A DNA stretch of 62,320 bases, filler included. It is 4 parts of 4 records of this genome, joined end to end, with 100 filler letters (N's around TTAATTAATTAA, not from the genome) between each part and the next. Parts side by side here need not be neighbours in the genome. Positions count along the whole stretch, not along the records: positions 37,965 to 51,531 come from DRR723986_11660; 3 more parts are not named here. One strand, 5' to 3'. A model generated the notes under the pieces. It did no database searches. It was not told the origin of the DNA and worked only from the letters and a program-made list of their open reading frames with translations. Made by a program: the position numbers and the translations under genes. Positions 40,042 to 49,869 of this stretch are shown piece after piece. Position 1 is the first letter of the stretch; each line of letters begins with the position of its first letter.

Positions 40042-41283
40042 ATGCGGCACGAACAAACATCCGGCGAACCCAAACGGGTTGCTCTGTTTTCAGGCAATTA
40101 CAATTATGTAATGGACGGCCCCGTGCGTGCACTCAACAAGCTGGTGGGCCACCTTGAGGCCCGCGGCATTGAAGTGCTGGTGTTCGCGCCCACGGCAAAA
40201 AAGCCGGCCTTTAATCATGTGGGCACGCTGGTATCGGTGCCGTCCCTTTGCATTCCCGGTCGCAGTGACTACCGCGTGGCACTCGGCATGCCGTCTAAAG
40301 TGCGCAAAAAACTGGAAGATTTTAACCCTGACCTTGTGCACCTGGCCGCACCAGACTGGCTGGGCCATGCAGCACTATCATGGGCGGAAGACCATAATGT
40401 GCCAGCGGTTTCGTCATTCCATACCCGGTTTGATACCTATTTCCGCTATTACAAGCTGACTTGGTTGGAAAAACACATCACCAACTTCATGCGGCGCTTT
40501 TATCATCGCTGTGAGCAAATTTATGTGCCGTCGCCCTGTATGGCCGATGAGCTGGCAGCACAGAACATGTCGCCCAATATTGGCATCTGGAGTCGCGGCG
40601 TTGACCATGTACTGTTTAACCCCACCCGGCGTGACGCGGCGTGGCGGCAGGGCCAAGGTTTTGAGACCTCCGACATTGTCGTGGCCTTTGTGGGCAGGCT
40701 GGTTCTGGAAAAAGGCCTCGGTGTTTTTGCAGATACAATCGACCTGTTGGCGAAAAAAGGCCATCAAGTTAAGGCACTGATTGTAGGCGACGGGCCTGAA
40801 AAAGAACGTTTCCAGACCCGCTTGCCTAATGCCGTTTTTACCGGCCACTTAAGCGGCGAAAACCTTGCCCGCGCCTATGCTTCTTCAGACATTTTCTTCA
40901 ACGCCAGCGTGACCGAGACATTCGGTAATGTCACGCTGGAAGCAATGGCATCAGGCCTGCCCCTTGTGTGTGCCGATGCCACCGGCAGCAGAAGTCTCGT
41001 GCACCGGGGCGAAAACGGTTTCTTGGCCGCCTCGGTTACCGCACCAGCATTTGCAGCAGAATTGGAGAAGCTCATTGCTGACCCCGGGCTGCGCATAACC
41101 ATGGCCAAAGCCAGCATAAAATATAGTGACGACTATACATGGCACGCGGTGCTTGATCGACTGCTCGACCAATACCGCGACGTGCACGCTAATTGGCACG
41201 CCGACACGTCAACCAAGCCTACTGTACAAAATGTCAAAACCCGCAAAGCAAAAAACCGCGCCACCATTTCACCGGCCGAATGA
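40042..41283 (+). CDS. Glycosyltransferase family 4 (GT-B; MgtA/SqdX-like)
   Basis: SSFHT, WSRGVD, FVGRLVLEK and ETFGNVTLEAMASG motifs. Confidence 0.92.
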   Translation: MRHEQTSGEPKRVALFSGNYNYVMDGPVRALNKLVGHLEARGIEVLVFAPTAKKPAFNHVGTLVSVPSLCIPGRSDYRVALGMPSKVRKKLEDFNPDLVHLAAPDWLGHAALSWAEDHNVPAVSSFHTRFDTYFRYYKLTWLEKHITNFMRRFYHRCEQIYVPSPCMADELAAQNMSPNIGIWSRGVDHVLFNPTRRDAAWRQGQGFETSDIVVAFVGRLVLEKGLGVFADTIDLLAKKGHQVKALIVGDGPEKERFQTRLPNAVFTGHLSGENLARAYASSDIFFNASVTETFGNVTLEAMASGLPLVCADATGSRSLVHRGENGFLAASVTAPAFAAELEKLIADPGLRITMAKASIKYSDDYTWHAVLDRLLDQYRDVHANWHADTSTKPTVQNVKTRKAKNRATISPAE

Positions 41284-41339
41284 TCTGCTTTATTTCCATA
41301 AAAAGTGAATAATTTCGAATGCTATGCTAGGTTTCTGTC

Positions 41340-42293
41340 ATGACGCTTGAACGCATCAAATCGGCGATTATGCCTGCTTTGGAAACGCCCACAGCGCGGT
41401 TTTTTCTAAAAATACTGCAAGGCATGGCTTTGGTGGCCATCTGCTATTATCTTGCACTTAAGGTAAATGATATTGGCTGGCAAAATATTGCAGGGTCGCT
41501 ACCTACAACGCCTTGGTTTTACATTTTTTTTCTCGGTATTTATCTGGCACACCCCATCGCGGAATGGCTTGTATACCAGCGCCTATGGGGGCCTAAAGTT
41601 CGCAAACATTTCAGCGTATTTCTGCGCATGCGCATCTATAATCTGGCGTTTGTGTCCTATTCAGGCGAAGCCTATCTTGGCATGTGGGCAAGCCGCCAGA
41701 TAAAACAGCGCAAGCGCCGCACGGTTGCCACTATTAAAGACAGTCAAATTCTGTCTGCACTTTCTTCCAACAGCCTAACCATCCTGTTGCTGATACTTTT
41801 GTTTGCCTCGGGGCAACTTAGCTTATTCACTGACGCTGACCCCTCCTACCCACAATATGTTGCTATTGCGATTGGCCTGAGCGCGTTGCTGATACCGCTG
41901 GTAATCTCATTTCGACACAGGCTGTTTTCTATCGACGGGGCAGAGGCAAAAGCTGTTTTTCGTATTCATCTACTACGCCTGCTTATAGTGGTTTTATTGC
42001 AGGTTGCCAGTTGGTCTGTGGTTATGCCTGAGGTACCCTTGGAGACTTGGCTCGTATTTCTGACCGGCCAATATGTGCTGACACGTATACCGTTTTTGCC
42101 GAACACTGACCTGCTAGTCGCAGGCCTTGGCTTGACACTTTTGTCCTATGTGGATGCACCAGCAGCCACACTTGCAGGAATGTTTGTTGCCAGCGGCGCC
42201 TTGGCTCAAGTGCTGAACTTTGGCCTGTTTACAGGTCTAAGCCTGCGCAGTCTATTTGCCCGAACAGAAGCATCAGAAAAGACCCAACCATAA
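41340..42293 (+). CDS. Multi-pass membrane protein (LPG-synthase-TM/flippase-like)
   Basis: About 8 hydrophobic helices with a YSGEAY motif; directly downstream of the GT4. Confidence 0.7.
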   Translation: MTLERIKSAIMPALETPTARFFLKILQGMALVAICYYLALKVNDIGWQNIAGSLPTTPWFYIFFLGIYLAHPIAEWLVYQRLWGPKVRKHFSVFLRMRIYNLAFVSYSGEAYLGMWASRQIKQRKRRTVATIKDSQILSALSSNSLTILLLILLFASGQLSLFTDADPSYPQYVAIAIGLSALLIPLVISFRHRLFSIDGAEAKAVFRIHLLRLLIVVLLQVASWSVVMPEVPLETWLVFLTGQYVLTRIPFLPNTDLLVAGLGLTLLSYVDAPAATLAGMFVASGALAQVLNFGLFTGLSLRSLFARTEASEKTQP

Positions 42294-42450
42294 ACATAAT
42301 TTCACACCGAACCATCCTGCATGCGGCGCAAAAACAGGGCGTTTTTCGGTACGCTTAATTCTGGGAGTAGTAAAAGTGGCCAAACTCTGTAGTATCCCAC
42401 CCTATTAATTACCCTTATGGTCGCCCGTCACAGAAGTGAGAACACAGTAA

Positions 42451-42972
42451 TTGCTGCGCCAAGACGCAAAAAACGCCTTAAAGGACGCTACCTTCGATGA
42501 GTTTCAACTTATCGAATATCATGCAATTGACCGGCATTTGACCATGACGAATTTCTTCCTTGATCTATGGCGTGATAAAGGCGGCGAAGAAAAATGTATC
42601 ACCCGCGCTGATATTAATCCGCTGGAGATGAAAGAGTATCTTGAGCATATTGTGCTTATGGATGTGGTTCCCGACGCGACAGATTGGCATATGACCATTC
42701 GATTAATTGGCGGTCATGTATCAGGCTATTACGGCGAAATCACCGGTATGGATATCCGAGAAATGGGCAACGCCCAGGTTATTGAGCGCATCTATGCCGT
42801 CGCGCGTCATGTGATATCTACCAACCTGCCATCGCTGACAATTTCACCGGCATACGCGATCGACAAGTCTTACATGGAGACAGTTGCACTTTATCTGCCG
42901 CTGTTCGATAATGCCAAAAATATCGTGAAAATATTAGTGGTGGTGAATGTATCGGCTTTAAACCACACTTAA
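42451..42972 (+). CDS. Stand-alone PAS domain protein (PAS_5/DUF1457-like)
   Basis: LW...RADINPLEMKEYLEHIVLMDV...IRLIG...GEITG...LYLPL pattern; start uncertain. Confidence 0.78.
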   Translation: MLRQDAKNALKDATFDEFQLIEYHAIDRHLTMTNFFLDLWRDKGGEEKCITRADINPLEMKEYLEHIVLMDVVPDATDWHMTIRLIGGHVSGYYGEITGMDIREMGNAQVIERIYAVARHVISTNLPSLTISPAYAIDKSYMETVALYLPLFDNAKNIVKILVVVNVSALNHT

Positions 42973-43008
42973 ACTGAGTGTCCACCTAAGTCTCTAAGAG
43001 AAAATACT

Positions 43009-43215
43009 ATGCCTCAAGACAACCGGTTAAATGATCTGGAAATTCAATTTGCCTACCAGCAGGAAACGATTGATAGCTTGAACGAAACCGTGACCAAACA
43101 ATGGGACTTGATTGAGAAGCTGCGCATAAAAATCAGCCGCCTTGAAGGCAGATTAACAGAAATGAGCGAATGGCAAAGCGCTGGCGGGAATGAACCGCCG
43201 CCGCCGCATTATTGA
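43009..43215 (+). CDS. slyX: SlyX family protein
   Basis: RLNDLEIQFAYQQETIDSLN coiled coil and C-terminal PPPHY. Confidence 0.95.
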   Translation: MPQDNRLNDLEIQFAYQQETIDSLNETVTKQWDLIEKLRIKISRLEGRLTEMSEWQSAGGNEPPPPHY

Positions 43216-43224
43216 GCGCGCGCC

Positions 43225-44082
43225 GTGAAAGCTTTTCAGATATTACCCTCCATTTTCTTATTTGCTTGCCTGAACGCGGCCATGTCGCCACACGCTATAG
43301 CCAGCGCCCCCTTGTCGGATGAAACCTGCGCCAGTCATATTAGCGATGTGGGGGAAGGTCTGTACCGGGTTTGCTTTACCTACACAGGTGAGAACTGGAC
43401 CCACGCGAATGTGGCAGCAATATCTTTTGATACCAATAAGCCCATTGCCGTTATCCCCGTGCAATATACCACAAATGCTGCCCAACCCGGTGCGGAAGTG
43501 AACGGCAAAAACATTGGGCTTGAATGGAACCGTATTACTCAGGAAGAGCTTGCAAAACGACTGCGCGAGAGAGGTTTCTTTGTTCTGACCCCAACAATTC
43601 AAATGTACGGGGAAGACTGGAATGGCTTTCAGGGGCTGGAGCATTTCATTGCCGGTGTGCACAAAGGCAATGAAAATGTTCAAACCATATTGCTAACCGC
43701 AGACTCGCATATTGTTGTTGAACAAAACCCCTTCCCCGGCGCACAAATGCTGGTAACAGGTGTTCACCAGCGTAATACCGTTTGGGAGGCCACTATTCAG
43801 CGCAACATCGCCCCTTTTTACGAAGCAAAAGGCCTGCGCAACATTGGTCCTAGAATACGCGGCGGCTTTTCCGACAAGGAAGGCTCCTCAAAAGCTTGGC
43901 ACCCGCTGATTGAACGGGCAGCAGAATATGGGCCGACCGTTGCCATTATGGAGGCGGCGCAAGCTGTGCAGATTGTCGAACAGGCCGGGTCTATCGCGCG
44001 TGGGCGCACATGGGCCGCGCCGCTGTTTGATGGCATTGTTGCCGGTATGACTGAGCATGCATTTCGGGAGGAAGCTCAATGA
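43225..44082 (+). CDS. Secreted hypothetical protein with weak Amidase_3-like motif order
   Basis: Signal peptide, then IAVIPVQY...PGA...GLEWN...LAKRLRERGFFVLT...LTADSH...PTVAIMEA...GIVAG. Confidence 0.7.
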   Translation: MKAFQILPSIFLFACLNAAMSPHAIASAPLSDETCASHISDVGEGLYRVCFTYTGENWTHANVAAISFDTNKPIAVIPVQYTTNAAQPGAEVNGKNIGLEWNRITQEELAKRLRERGFFVLTPTIQMYGEDWNGFQGLEHFIAGVHKGNENVQTILLTADSHIVVEQNPFPGAQMLVTGVHQRNTVWEATIQRNIAPFYEAKGLRNIGPRIRGGFSDKEGSSKAWHPLIERAAEYGPTVAIMEAAQAVQIVEQAGSIARGRTWAAPLFDGIVAGMTEHAFREEAQ

Positions 44083-44543
44083 AACTTATATATTCTATAT
44101 TGGCGTTATCTATAACAGCGGTTACCGCAGGCAACGCAAGCGCCGAAGACACGCCGCCATATGATTATACCACAAAAGGCACCCGCATTTTCCAAAGCCC
44201 CGGTAGTGATTTCATGGCCAAAATTTTGGTAGAAGCCACCAACCTTGGCAGTGAAGAGGTCAAAGTTGCCGAACTTACCTTCCCTGTTGGCTATTCGGGC
44301 AGCGGCCACTTGCACGGCGCAATCGAAATTTTTTATGTGCTTAAGGGCCGCTTTGGCCACAGCGTCAACGGCGTTGATGCTGTGCTTGATGTGGGGGAAA
44401 TTGGCATAGTGAAACCCGGCGACACTGTCACCCACTCAGTGCACGGCGACAGCGCTGCCACCGTACTTACCATATGGGTGCCTGGCGGTGCTGGGGCGCC
44501 AGCCTTTAACGGCATGCCATCAACACCGATTGAAAATGACTAA
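44079..44543 (+). CDS. Secreted cupin domain protein
   Basis: Signal peptide (ASA-ED), GHLHGAIEIFYVLKG and PGDTVTH metal motifs; ATGA overlap with the upstream gene. Confidence 0.88.
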   Translation: MKLIYSILALSITAVTAGNASAEDTPPYDYTTKGTRIFQSPGSDFMAKILVEATNLGSEEVKVAELTFPVGYSGSGHLHGAIEIFYVLKGRFGHSVNGVDAVLDVGEIGIVKPGDTVTHSVHGDSAATVLTIWVPGGAGAPAFNGMPSTPIEND

Positions 44544-44558
44544 ACCAATAGGCCTGCG

Positions 44559-45947
44559 TTAAAACAACATCATGGCGGCAACTGCAAGCACCGGTGTGAC
44601 GATGATGGTTCGGACGACAAATATCTGGAACAGCTGGAACACCGTAACCGGCAAACCAACTCGGATCATAACCAAGCCCGTTTCAGTCATATAAATAAGC
44701 TGACAAAGCGACAACCCAGCCAGCACAAATCGCATAGGGCCACTGGCAAGGTCAGCGGCGATAATAGTCGGAATATACTGGTCCATAAAACCGAAAATAA
44801 AGCCAGGCGCCACACGCGCGGCATCATCTACCTGAAACAGAGCGAGCAACCAGGCAATCGGCATGGAAATCCATTCCCCAATCGGTGAATGAAAAGCAAT
44901 CGCTGCGGTTAATGTGCCCAGTGCAATGAGCGGCCCAATAATACCGAACAACTGCTCAAACATCATAATGTTGCCAAGGCGGGCCAGCTCTTTCACTGGC
45001 GGCGTATGAGCCGCGGTGGAAATAGCGTTATCGAGGCTGCGCTTCAACAAGGGTCCTTTTTTGGCTTGCCGCAACCGCTCTGCATTGGCTAAACCACCAA
45101 TGAAAGTGGCAGGTATACGCGAGATGGGCGGCACACGCGGCGTTATAATCGCGCAAAAAATGCAGGCTAAAATAGCTGTCATGTACCAGATGAAAAACAT
45201 GTCACCTATTTTTGCAACCTGCGAGATAACCAGCGCAAACGGCAGTGACACCACGGAGAAGTTGGTCGCAACGCTTACCGCCTCGCGGCCATCATAAAAG
45301 CCCCGGCGGTACTGTTGCCCCGTGACCAATATTCCAATATTGGAAGCCGAAATGAACGACGCAGTCGCATCAACCGCAGCGCGGCCGGGCAGAAGAAACA
45401 ATTTTTTAAAGGCGGGTGCCACGATGGTACCAAAAAAATCCATCGCGCCGAACTCGGTCAATAACGGCATTAGAAAACAGGCCGGCAGCATAACGATAGA
45501 AAAAGCAATGGCCAGATCAGCGACCAGCACTTGGCCCGTATCATCAAGGCGCAGAACTTCGGGGCCGAATTCAAAATAAACCATAAGCGCAATGATGGCA
45601 CCAACCACTCTTAAGAGAAGCCAGCCTGCCGTGGTAGCCGACACGGCATGCAGCACCGGGTGTTTTGCCTCCCAGTCAGGTTTGAAGACAAGATGATAGC
45701 CACCCGCCAGCGCTGCAACGACGCTGATGACCACCATCAACTCAACCAGAATGAAGCCAAAGTTGGCGTTCACCCAGTCGGAATACAAACCAAACAAAAT
45801 GGTAAAGCCGCCGTCTGTCGGGAAAGGCACCAAAAACAACAATAGGCCAATCAACGACGGAATGAGAAACCGCAAAAAAGGCTTCAGGCCTTTGGTTTCA
45901 ACTGGGTCAACAGGTTCCGCTGTTGCAGCATCGTTGGTGTCCATCAC
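44559..45947 (-). CDS. YjiH family / nucleoside-recognition-gate membrane transporter
   Basis: PLLTEFG, LPGRAAVD, TNFSVVS, GFMDQYIP and QLIYMTE motifs; about 11 TM helices. Confidence 0.88.
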   Translation of the reverse strand: MMDTNDAATAEPVDPVETKGLKPFLRFLIPSLIGLLLFLVPFPTDGGFTILFGLYSDWVNANFGFILVELMVVISVVAALAGGYHLVFKPDWEAKHPVLHAVSATTAGWLLLRVVGAIIALMVYFEFGPEVLRLDDTGQVLVADLAIAFSIVMLPACFLMPLLTEFGAMDFFGTIVAPAFKKLFLLPGRAAVDATASFISASNIGILVTGQQYRRGFYDGREAVSVATNFSVVSLPFALVISQVAKIGDMFFIWYMTAILACIFCAIITPRVPPISRIPATFIGGLANAERLRQAKKGPLLKRSLDNAISTAAHTPPVKELARLGNIMMFEQLFGIIGPLIALGTLTAAIAFHSPIGEWISMPIAWLLALFQVDDAARVAPGFIFGFMDQYIPTIIAADLASGPMRFVLAGLSLCQLIYMTETGLVMIRVGLPVTVFQLFQIFVVRTIIVTPVLAVAAMMLF

Positions 45948-45995
45948 TTTGTCTCCCCCGAGAGTTTTACGAGCGGCGAGCCTAATATATTATTG

Positions 45996-46026
45996 CGGCG
46001 CTGTCTTCATTTGAAAGACAGCGCCG
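45996..46026. terminator. Intergenic hairpin, putative terminator
   Basis: CGGCGCTGTCTT-loop-AAGACAGCGCCG; weak U-tract. Confidence 0.55.
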
Positions 46027-46056
46027 AAACATTCGTTCATTTCTTGTTAGAAATAT

Positions 46057-46635
46057 CTATTTTCGCGGTGTGGCCTTGATTTTATAGACAGCAAACCATG
46101 TTTCGCCGCCATCCTGCGACATTTCCATTGCCCAATCCCAGCCTTCCTCAGTGGGAGTGAAAAAGGTAATACGACGCGGCGGGTTCTGCACCGGTGTCAC
46201 CCAGTGCATAACAATATTCCCAGCGTCATTTTGTTTAGCAGTAATTTGGGTAAAGCCGGGGTTGCCAGTTGCTGTCCAGGCAATGTCCCAGCTTTCTTTT
46301 TTAGCATCATAAATTCGTAAATTTGTGCCGCCACCCGGGAATTTGTTGCCGTCTGGCCCATTCGGCATCCAGAAATCCTGTACTGCAACGCCGTTACCAA
46401 CGCAGGTGAAATTCCAGCGCGCACCGTTGCCCGGCTTCCATGTTACCCCGTCTTGCTGCAAGCCCTGATCCGCGATATCCCAGTCACCCACATAGCGGCC
46501 AAACTGTGCCACCGGGCCTGTCATGCAGCCTTCGGTTTCGTGCATCAAAACGCTGGCAAGCGGTTCTTCTTCTGCTTGCGCTGTACCAGATAGTGCCAGC
46601 GCTGCAGCCGACACTATGCTTAAATATTTGATCAT
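46057..46635 (-). CDS. Secreted hypothetical beta-barrel-like protein (DUF1579-like)
   Basis: Signal peptide, then FGRYVGDW, GTNLRIYD...WDIAW and SQDGGETW; ATG at 46635 after GAGGAGG. Confidence 0.75.
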   Translation of the reverse strand: MIKYLSIVSAAALALSGTAQAEEEPLASVLMHETEGCMTGPVAQFGRYVGDWDIADQGLQQDGVTWKPGNGARWNFTCVGNGVAVQDFWMPNGPDGNKFPGGGTNLRIYDAKKESWDIAWTATGNPGFTQITAKQNDAGNIVMHWVTPVQNPPRRITFFTPTEEGWDWAMEMSQDGGETWFAVYKIKATPRK

Positions 46636-46801
46636 TTTGCCCCTCCTCAATCAAAATACCTAAAAATCAGCTTAAACCTTTGTTCAATGCAGCATACCTA
46701 AACGAGACAAATGGACAGCTGGATGCGCTATGCTGAGTACGCCCCTTAATCGCACCGGGACATGCCACCGCCCTTAAAACTTGGCCGCGTTTCTGAATTC
46801 A

Positions 46802-48322
46802 CTAAGCTGCAGCCAACTGCATACGTGCGCGAACTTCGTTTACACGGTACCGACTGACCGGCGCAGTTTCGCCGTTAGTGAACACCAAATGATAACGGCT
46901 CCCTTGAGCACTCTTCAGTTCACTCACATAATTCATATTCACACTGACCGAACGATGCACGCGCATAAAGCAGAGGGGAACCTCTTCCATTAACGACCCC
47001 AGACGTTTGGCATGAAGATGGGTTTTGCCGTCTTTGTCGAGCAGCTCGGTAAAATTACCAATCGCACGCAATGACAAAACATTGGATGAGTTAATATAAT
47101 ATTCCCGTCCCATATTTTTGAACGCAAACAAATATGGGGCATCATTTTCCGCTGCTTGATCGGCACCCGCCACACGCAATGAAGCACTCTCCATGTAAGT
47201 ACCAAACCAATGAAACGAGAGAAAAGTTATCGCTGCAATGTAAATATAAACATCAAGAAACAACCCGTAAGAAAGCCACTGGCAAGCTAGCGCAGCAACC
47301 CAAAAAAGCGACAAAGTAAGACCTATGTTCAAACCGTTTTTGAAGGCATAGACGGCGTATATGAGCGCAGGTATAGCGGCCAAAATCATGAAATCATGAA
47401 CAATCTGCCGATCTCCGCCAATACCGAACGCCTTATTAGCGATAAACACCAATAGGCCAACAGCTTGAATAACTCGCATCCAGTTTTTTTGTTTAAGCTC
47501 GCTGGTGAGAAACGTAAGGCTAGCCCCCGCGCATATCGCAGATGCCCACAAAAGAAAACCACGGTACATATGAAGATCATACGAATAGTTGATTATTGCT
47601 CGCGATACTTCAGTCACCAAATTCACGATGATGAAAAAAGTAAATAGTGCCAATACTGTGTGTTGCTTGCTTCCTGCACTGCGCGCAAAGCGGGCGTTAT
47701 AAACAAGCATTAAAAACAGCCCGCCCATAAGCAACAGCGGTGCGAAATAATACCGTAGAGAACGTCTGTCATCACCTCGATATGGCACTAAACCCAGCAG
47801 GTGAACTATTCGTTTCGCATCATAATTTAAATGCGCCGTGGACAACACAAGGCGCAGTTCATGATCGCCAGCGCTCAGTTTTTTAGCCGGTAAAAAATGA
47901 ATGCTGTCAATAGGCCCCGCAACGGCCGGCGTGTTATCATCGCCTACCAAACCTTTTTGCCCGATCAGTTCGCCGTCCCAATATACGGCGGCAGAAAATG
48001 GCCCGGACACCAACACCCCTACAGGCATGTCAGACACACCGGATTCTAGCGAATTTGATTCTGGCAAACTTGATGCTGGAAAACCGGAGTTCGGCACCGA
48101 AACAGTTGCCAAAATTTCTATGGGTTGGCCGGTCTTTGAAACATCGGTGATGTGCGCCTTTTCCCATTCACCGGCCTCGCTTCGCAATTTTATGTCGCCA
48201 GCGATCCAAAAAGGCGTTTCAAAAACTGTTTGTGATTTTGCGATGAAAAGCCCAACGGCAAAGGCCAATGCACAAAAAACCAAAAGGCGCCGAATTGACC
48301 TATTCGACCCATAATCCGTCAT
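46802..48322 (-). CDS. Membrane-anchored LytTR family regulator (periplasmic beta-sandwich, about 7 TM, LytTR)
   Basis: C-terminal LRAIGNFTEL...FMRVHRSVSVN...PVSR; N-terminal AVYWDGELIG..G sensor-like domain; start at 48322 or 48346. Confidence 0.88.
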   Translation of the reverse strand: MTDYGSNRSIRRLLVFCALAFAVGLFIAKSQTVFETPFWIAGDIKLRSEAGEWEKAHITDVSKTGQPIEILATVSVPNSGFPASSLPESNSLESGVSDMPVGVLVSGPFSAAVYWDGELIGQKGLVGDDNTPAVAGPIDSIHFLPAKKLSAGDHELRLVLSTAHLNYDAKRIVHLLGLVPYRGDDRRSLRYYFAPLLLMGGLFLMLVYNARFARSAGSKQHTVLALFTFFIIVNLVTEVSRAIINYSYDLHMYRGFLLWASAICAGASLTFLTSELKQKNWMRVIQAVGLLVFIANKAFGIGGDRQIVHDFMILAAIPALIYAVYAFKNGLNIGLTLSLFWVAALACQWLSYGLFLDVYIYIAAITFLSFHWFGTYMESASLRVAGADQAAENDAPYLFAFKNMGREYYINSSNVLSLRAIGNFTELLDKDGKTHLHAKRLGSLMEEVPLCFMRVHRSVSVNMNYVSELKSAQGSRYHLVFTNGETAPVSRYRVNEVRARMQLAAA

Positions 48323-48335
48323 GGCCTTTTCGCTG

Positions 48336-48389
48336 GAGCTATTCATGTATTTCACGAGCCATTCAGCATTTTTCCGTTGTGGCCACTCT
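48336..48389. promoter_or_regulatory. Direct repeats, candidate LytTR binding site
   Basis: GAGCTATTCA (48336) and GAGCCATTCA (48356), plus degenerate TGGCCACTCT (48380), in the divergent intergenic region. Confidence 0.45.
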
Positions 48390-48463
48390 ATTACTGGTGG
48401 TTCTTATCATCTGACTATGAATGGACTTGTTCCATGAGAGAAGAAAAAAATGGAGAAACGACA

Positions 48464-49723
48464 GTGTTTAAAAATAACATAATACGAAGAATAGCCCTCA
48501 CCTTTGGTGGAGTATTGCTGCTGGTCGGGGCTTACTATGGCGGCACCGAATATTGGCTATGGAAATGGGAAAGCCCGCATGACCCTTTACCGGCAGATAC
48601 GCTCAGCCATTATGATAAAAAAGTCTTTTCAACGCACTATAGTAAACTTGCGGAAAGCTTCGATGAAGAGACAAAAGCAGCTGCCGAAAAACTGCAAACC
48701 ACCTCAATCAGCGGTGCTGTAGCCATTGGAAGCAAGCCAGTATGGGCGGGCGCGGTTGGTCTTGCCAACGTGGATACTCAGCAACCGGCGACAATCAATA
48801 GCGCATACCGCATTGGTAGTGTTTCAAAGTCAATCACCGCCGCAACATTAATGCGTATGGTTCAAGAAGATCTGATAGACCTTGATACAGACATTAAAGC
48901 CTACCTACCCGATTATCCCACATACACAGCCCCTATGACCGCACGCCAGCTAGCAAGCCATATGGCAGGTGTTCGCCACTATAGCTTAGACCTTACCCAG
49001 TTCCCGCCCACCGACTTTTACAGCACCGATCACTATGATGATGTTGAGCAAGCTATAGCTCAATTCAGGGATGACCCCCTTTTATTTGAGCCAGGGAGTG
49101 GGTTTAGCTACTCGACTCATGGATACACACTATTGAGTGCTGTTATGCAGGCAGCTGCAGGCAAGCCCTTCCTGCAGCTGGTCAGTGACCATGTCTTAAC
49201 GCCGGCTGGCATGAGCCTTACCACGCCGGAAGACCCCACAAAACCGATGCCTAATATTGTTGAGTTCTACACCGCCGGCAACGGGCTTTACGGCGAAACA
49301 GCCTATGTTGATCTCTCAAATAAATGGGCTGGTGGCGGTTTTACTTCTTCCCCCACAGACCTGGTAAAGTTCGGTGCGGCGATTCTAAACGGTGGTTTAT
49401 TATCACCTGAGAACCACGCAGAAATGATCAAGGTGCAACCCATGCCTGATGGATCAGAAAACCCGCAAAGCTATGCACTTGGTTGGCGGCACCATAAGAC
49501 AATAAACATACTCGGAGAAGAAAACCCCGTTGACGTTATCCATCACGGCGGTACTGCGGCAGGTGCCGTTGCGTTCCTTCTATTGGTGCCAAACCATAAC
49601 ATCACTATCGCCTTTGTCTCCAATGGGCGCGGGGATGATACACGCAGGGAATTGCAGCTGCTGGCATATCGGGTGGCTAAAGCAATTATTACAGCCGCTG
49701 GAAAAAGCGAGACAACAGAGTAA
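48464..49723 (+). CDS. Serine hydrolase, beta-lactamase class C / PBP-like family
   Basis: SxxK (GSVSK), LASHMAG, FEPGSGFSYST (YxN variant) and HHGG; N-terminal anchor; GTG at 48464 after GGAGA. Confidence 0.92.
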   Translation: MFKNNIIRRIALTFGGVLLLVGAYYGGTEYWLWKWESPHDPLPADTLSHYDKKVFSTHYSKLAESFDEETKAAAEKLQTTSISGAVAIGSKPVWAGAVGLANVDTQQPATINSAYRIGSVSKSITAATLMRMVQEDLIDLDTDIKAYLPDYPTYTAPMTARQLASHMAGVRHYSLDLTQFPPTDFYSTDHYDDVEQAIAQFRDDPLLFEPGSGFSYSTHGYTLLSAVMQAAAGKPFLQLVSDHVLTPAGMSLTTPEDPTKPMPNIVEFYTAGNGLYGETAYVDLSNKWAGGGFTSSPTDLVKFGAAILNGGLLSPENHAEMIKVQPMPDGSENPQSYALGWRHHKTINILGEENPVDVIHHGGTAAGAVAFLLLVPNHNITIAFVSNGRGDDTRRELQLLAYRVAKAIITAAGKSETTE

Positions 49724-49869
49724 ATATAGTAGCCGGATTTAGGCCGCTTGGTTGGGCAGAACGCCTGTGACTGCAAACCAGCGGCACCGGTTGTACCTTA
49801 GCTTAATTATACACCTATCTTTCGTCTGACGTTTGCCTATGATAGCCCCACCTTGGGAGGGGAACATAT

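Noticed and set aside
48464..49723. Calling the serine hydrolase a true AmpC beta-lactamase
   Set aside because: The motifs are YST and HGG rather than YxN and KTG, so it is more likely an esterase or peptidase; resistance cannot be inferred.
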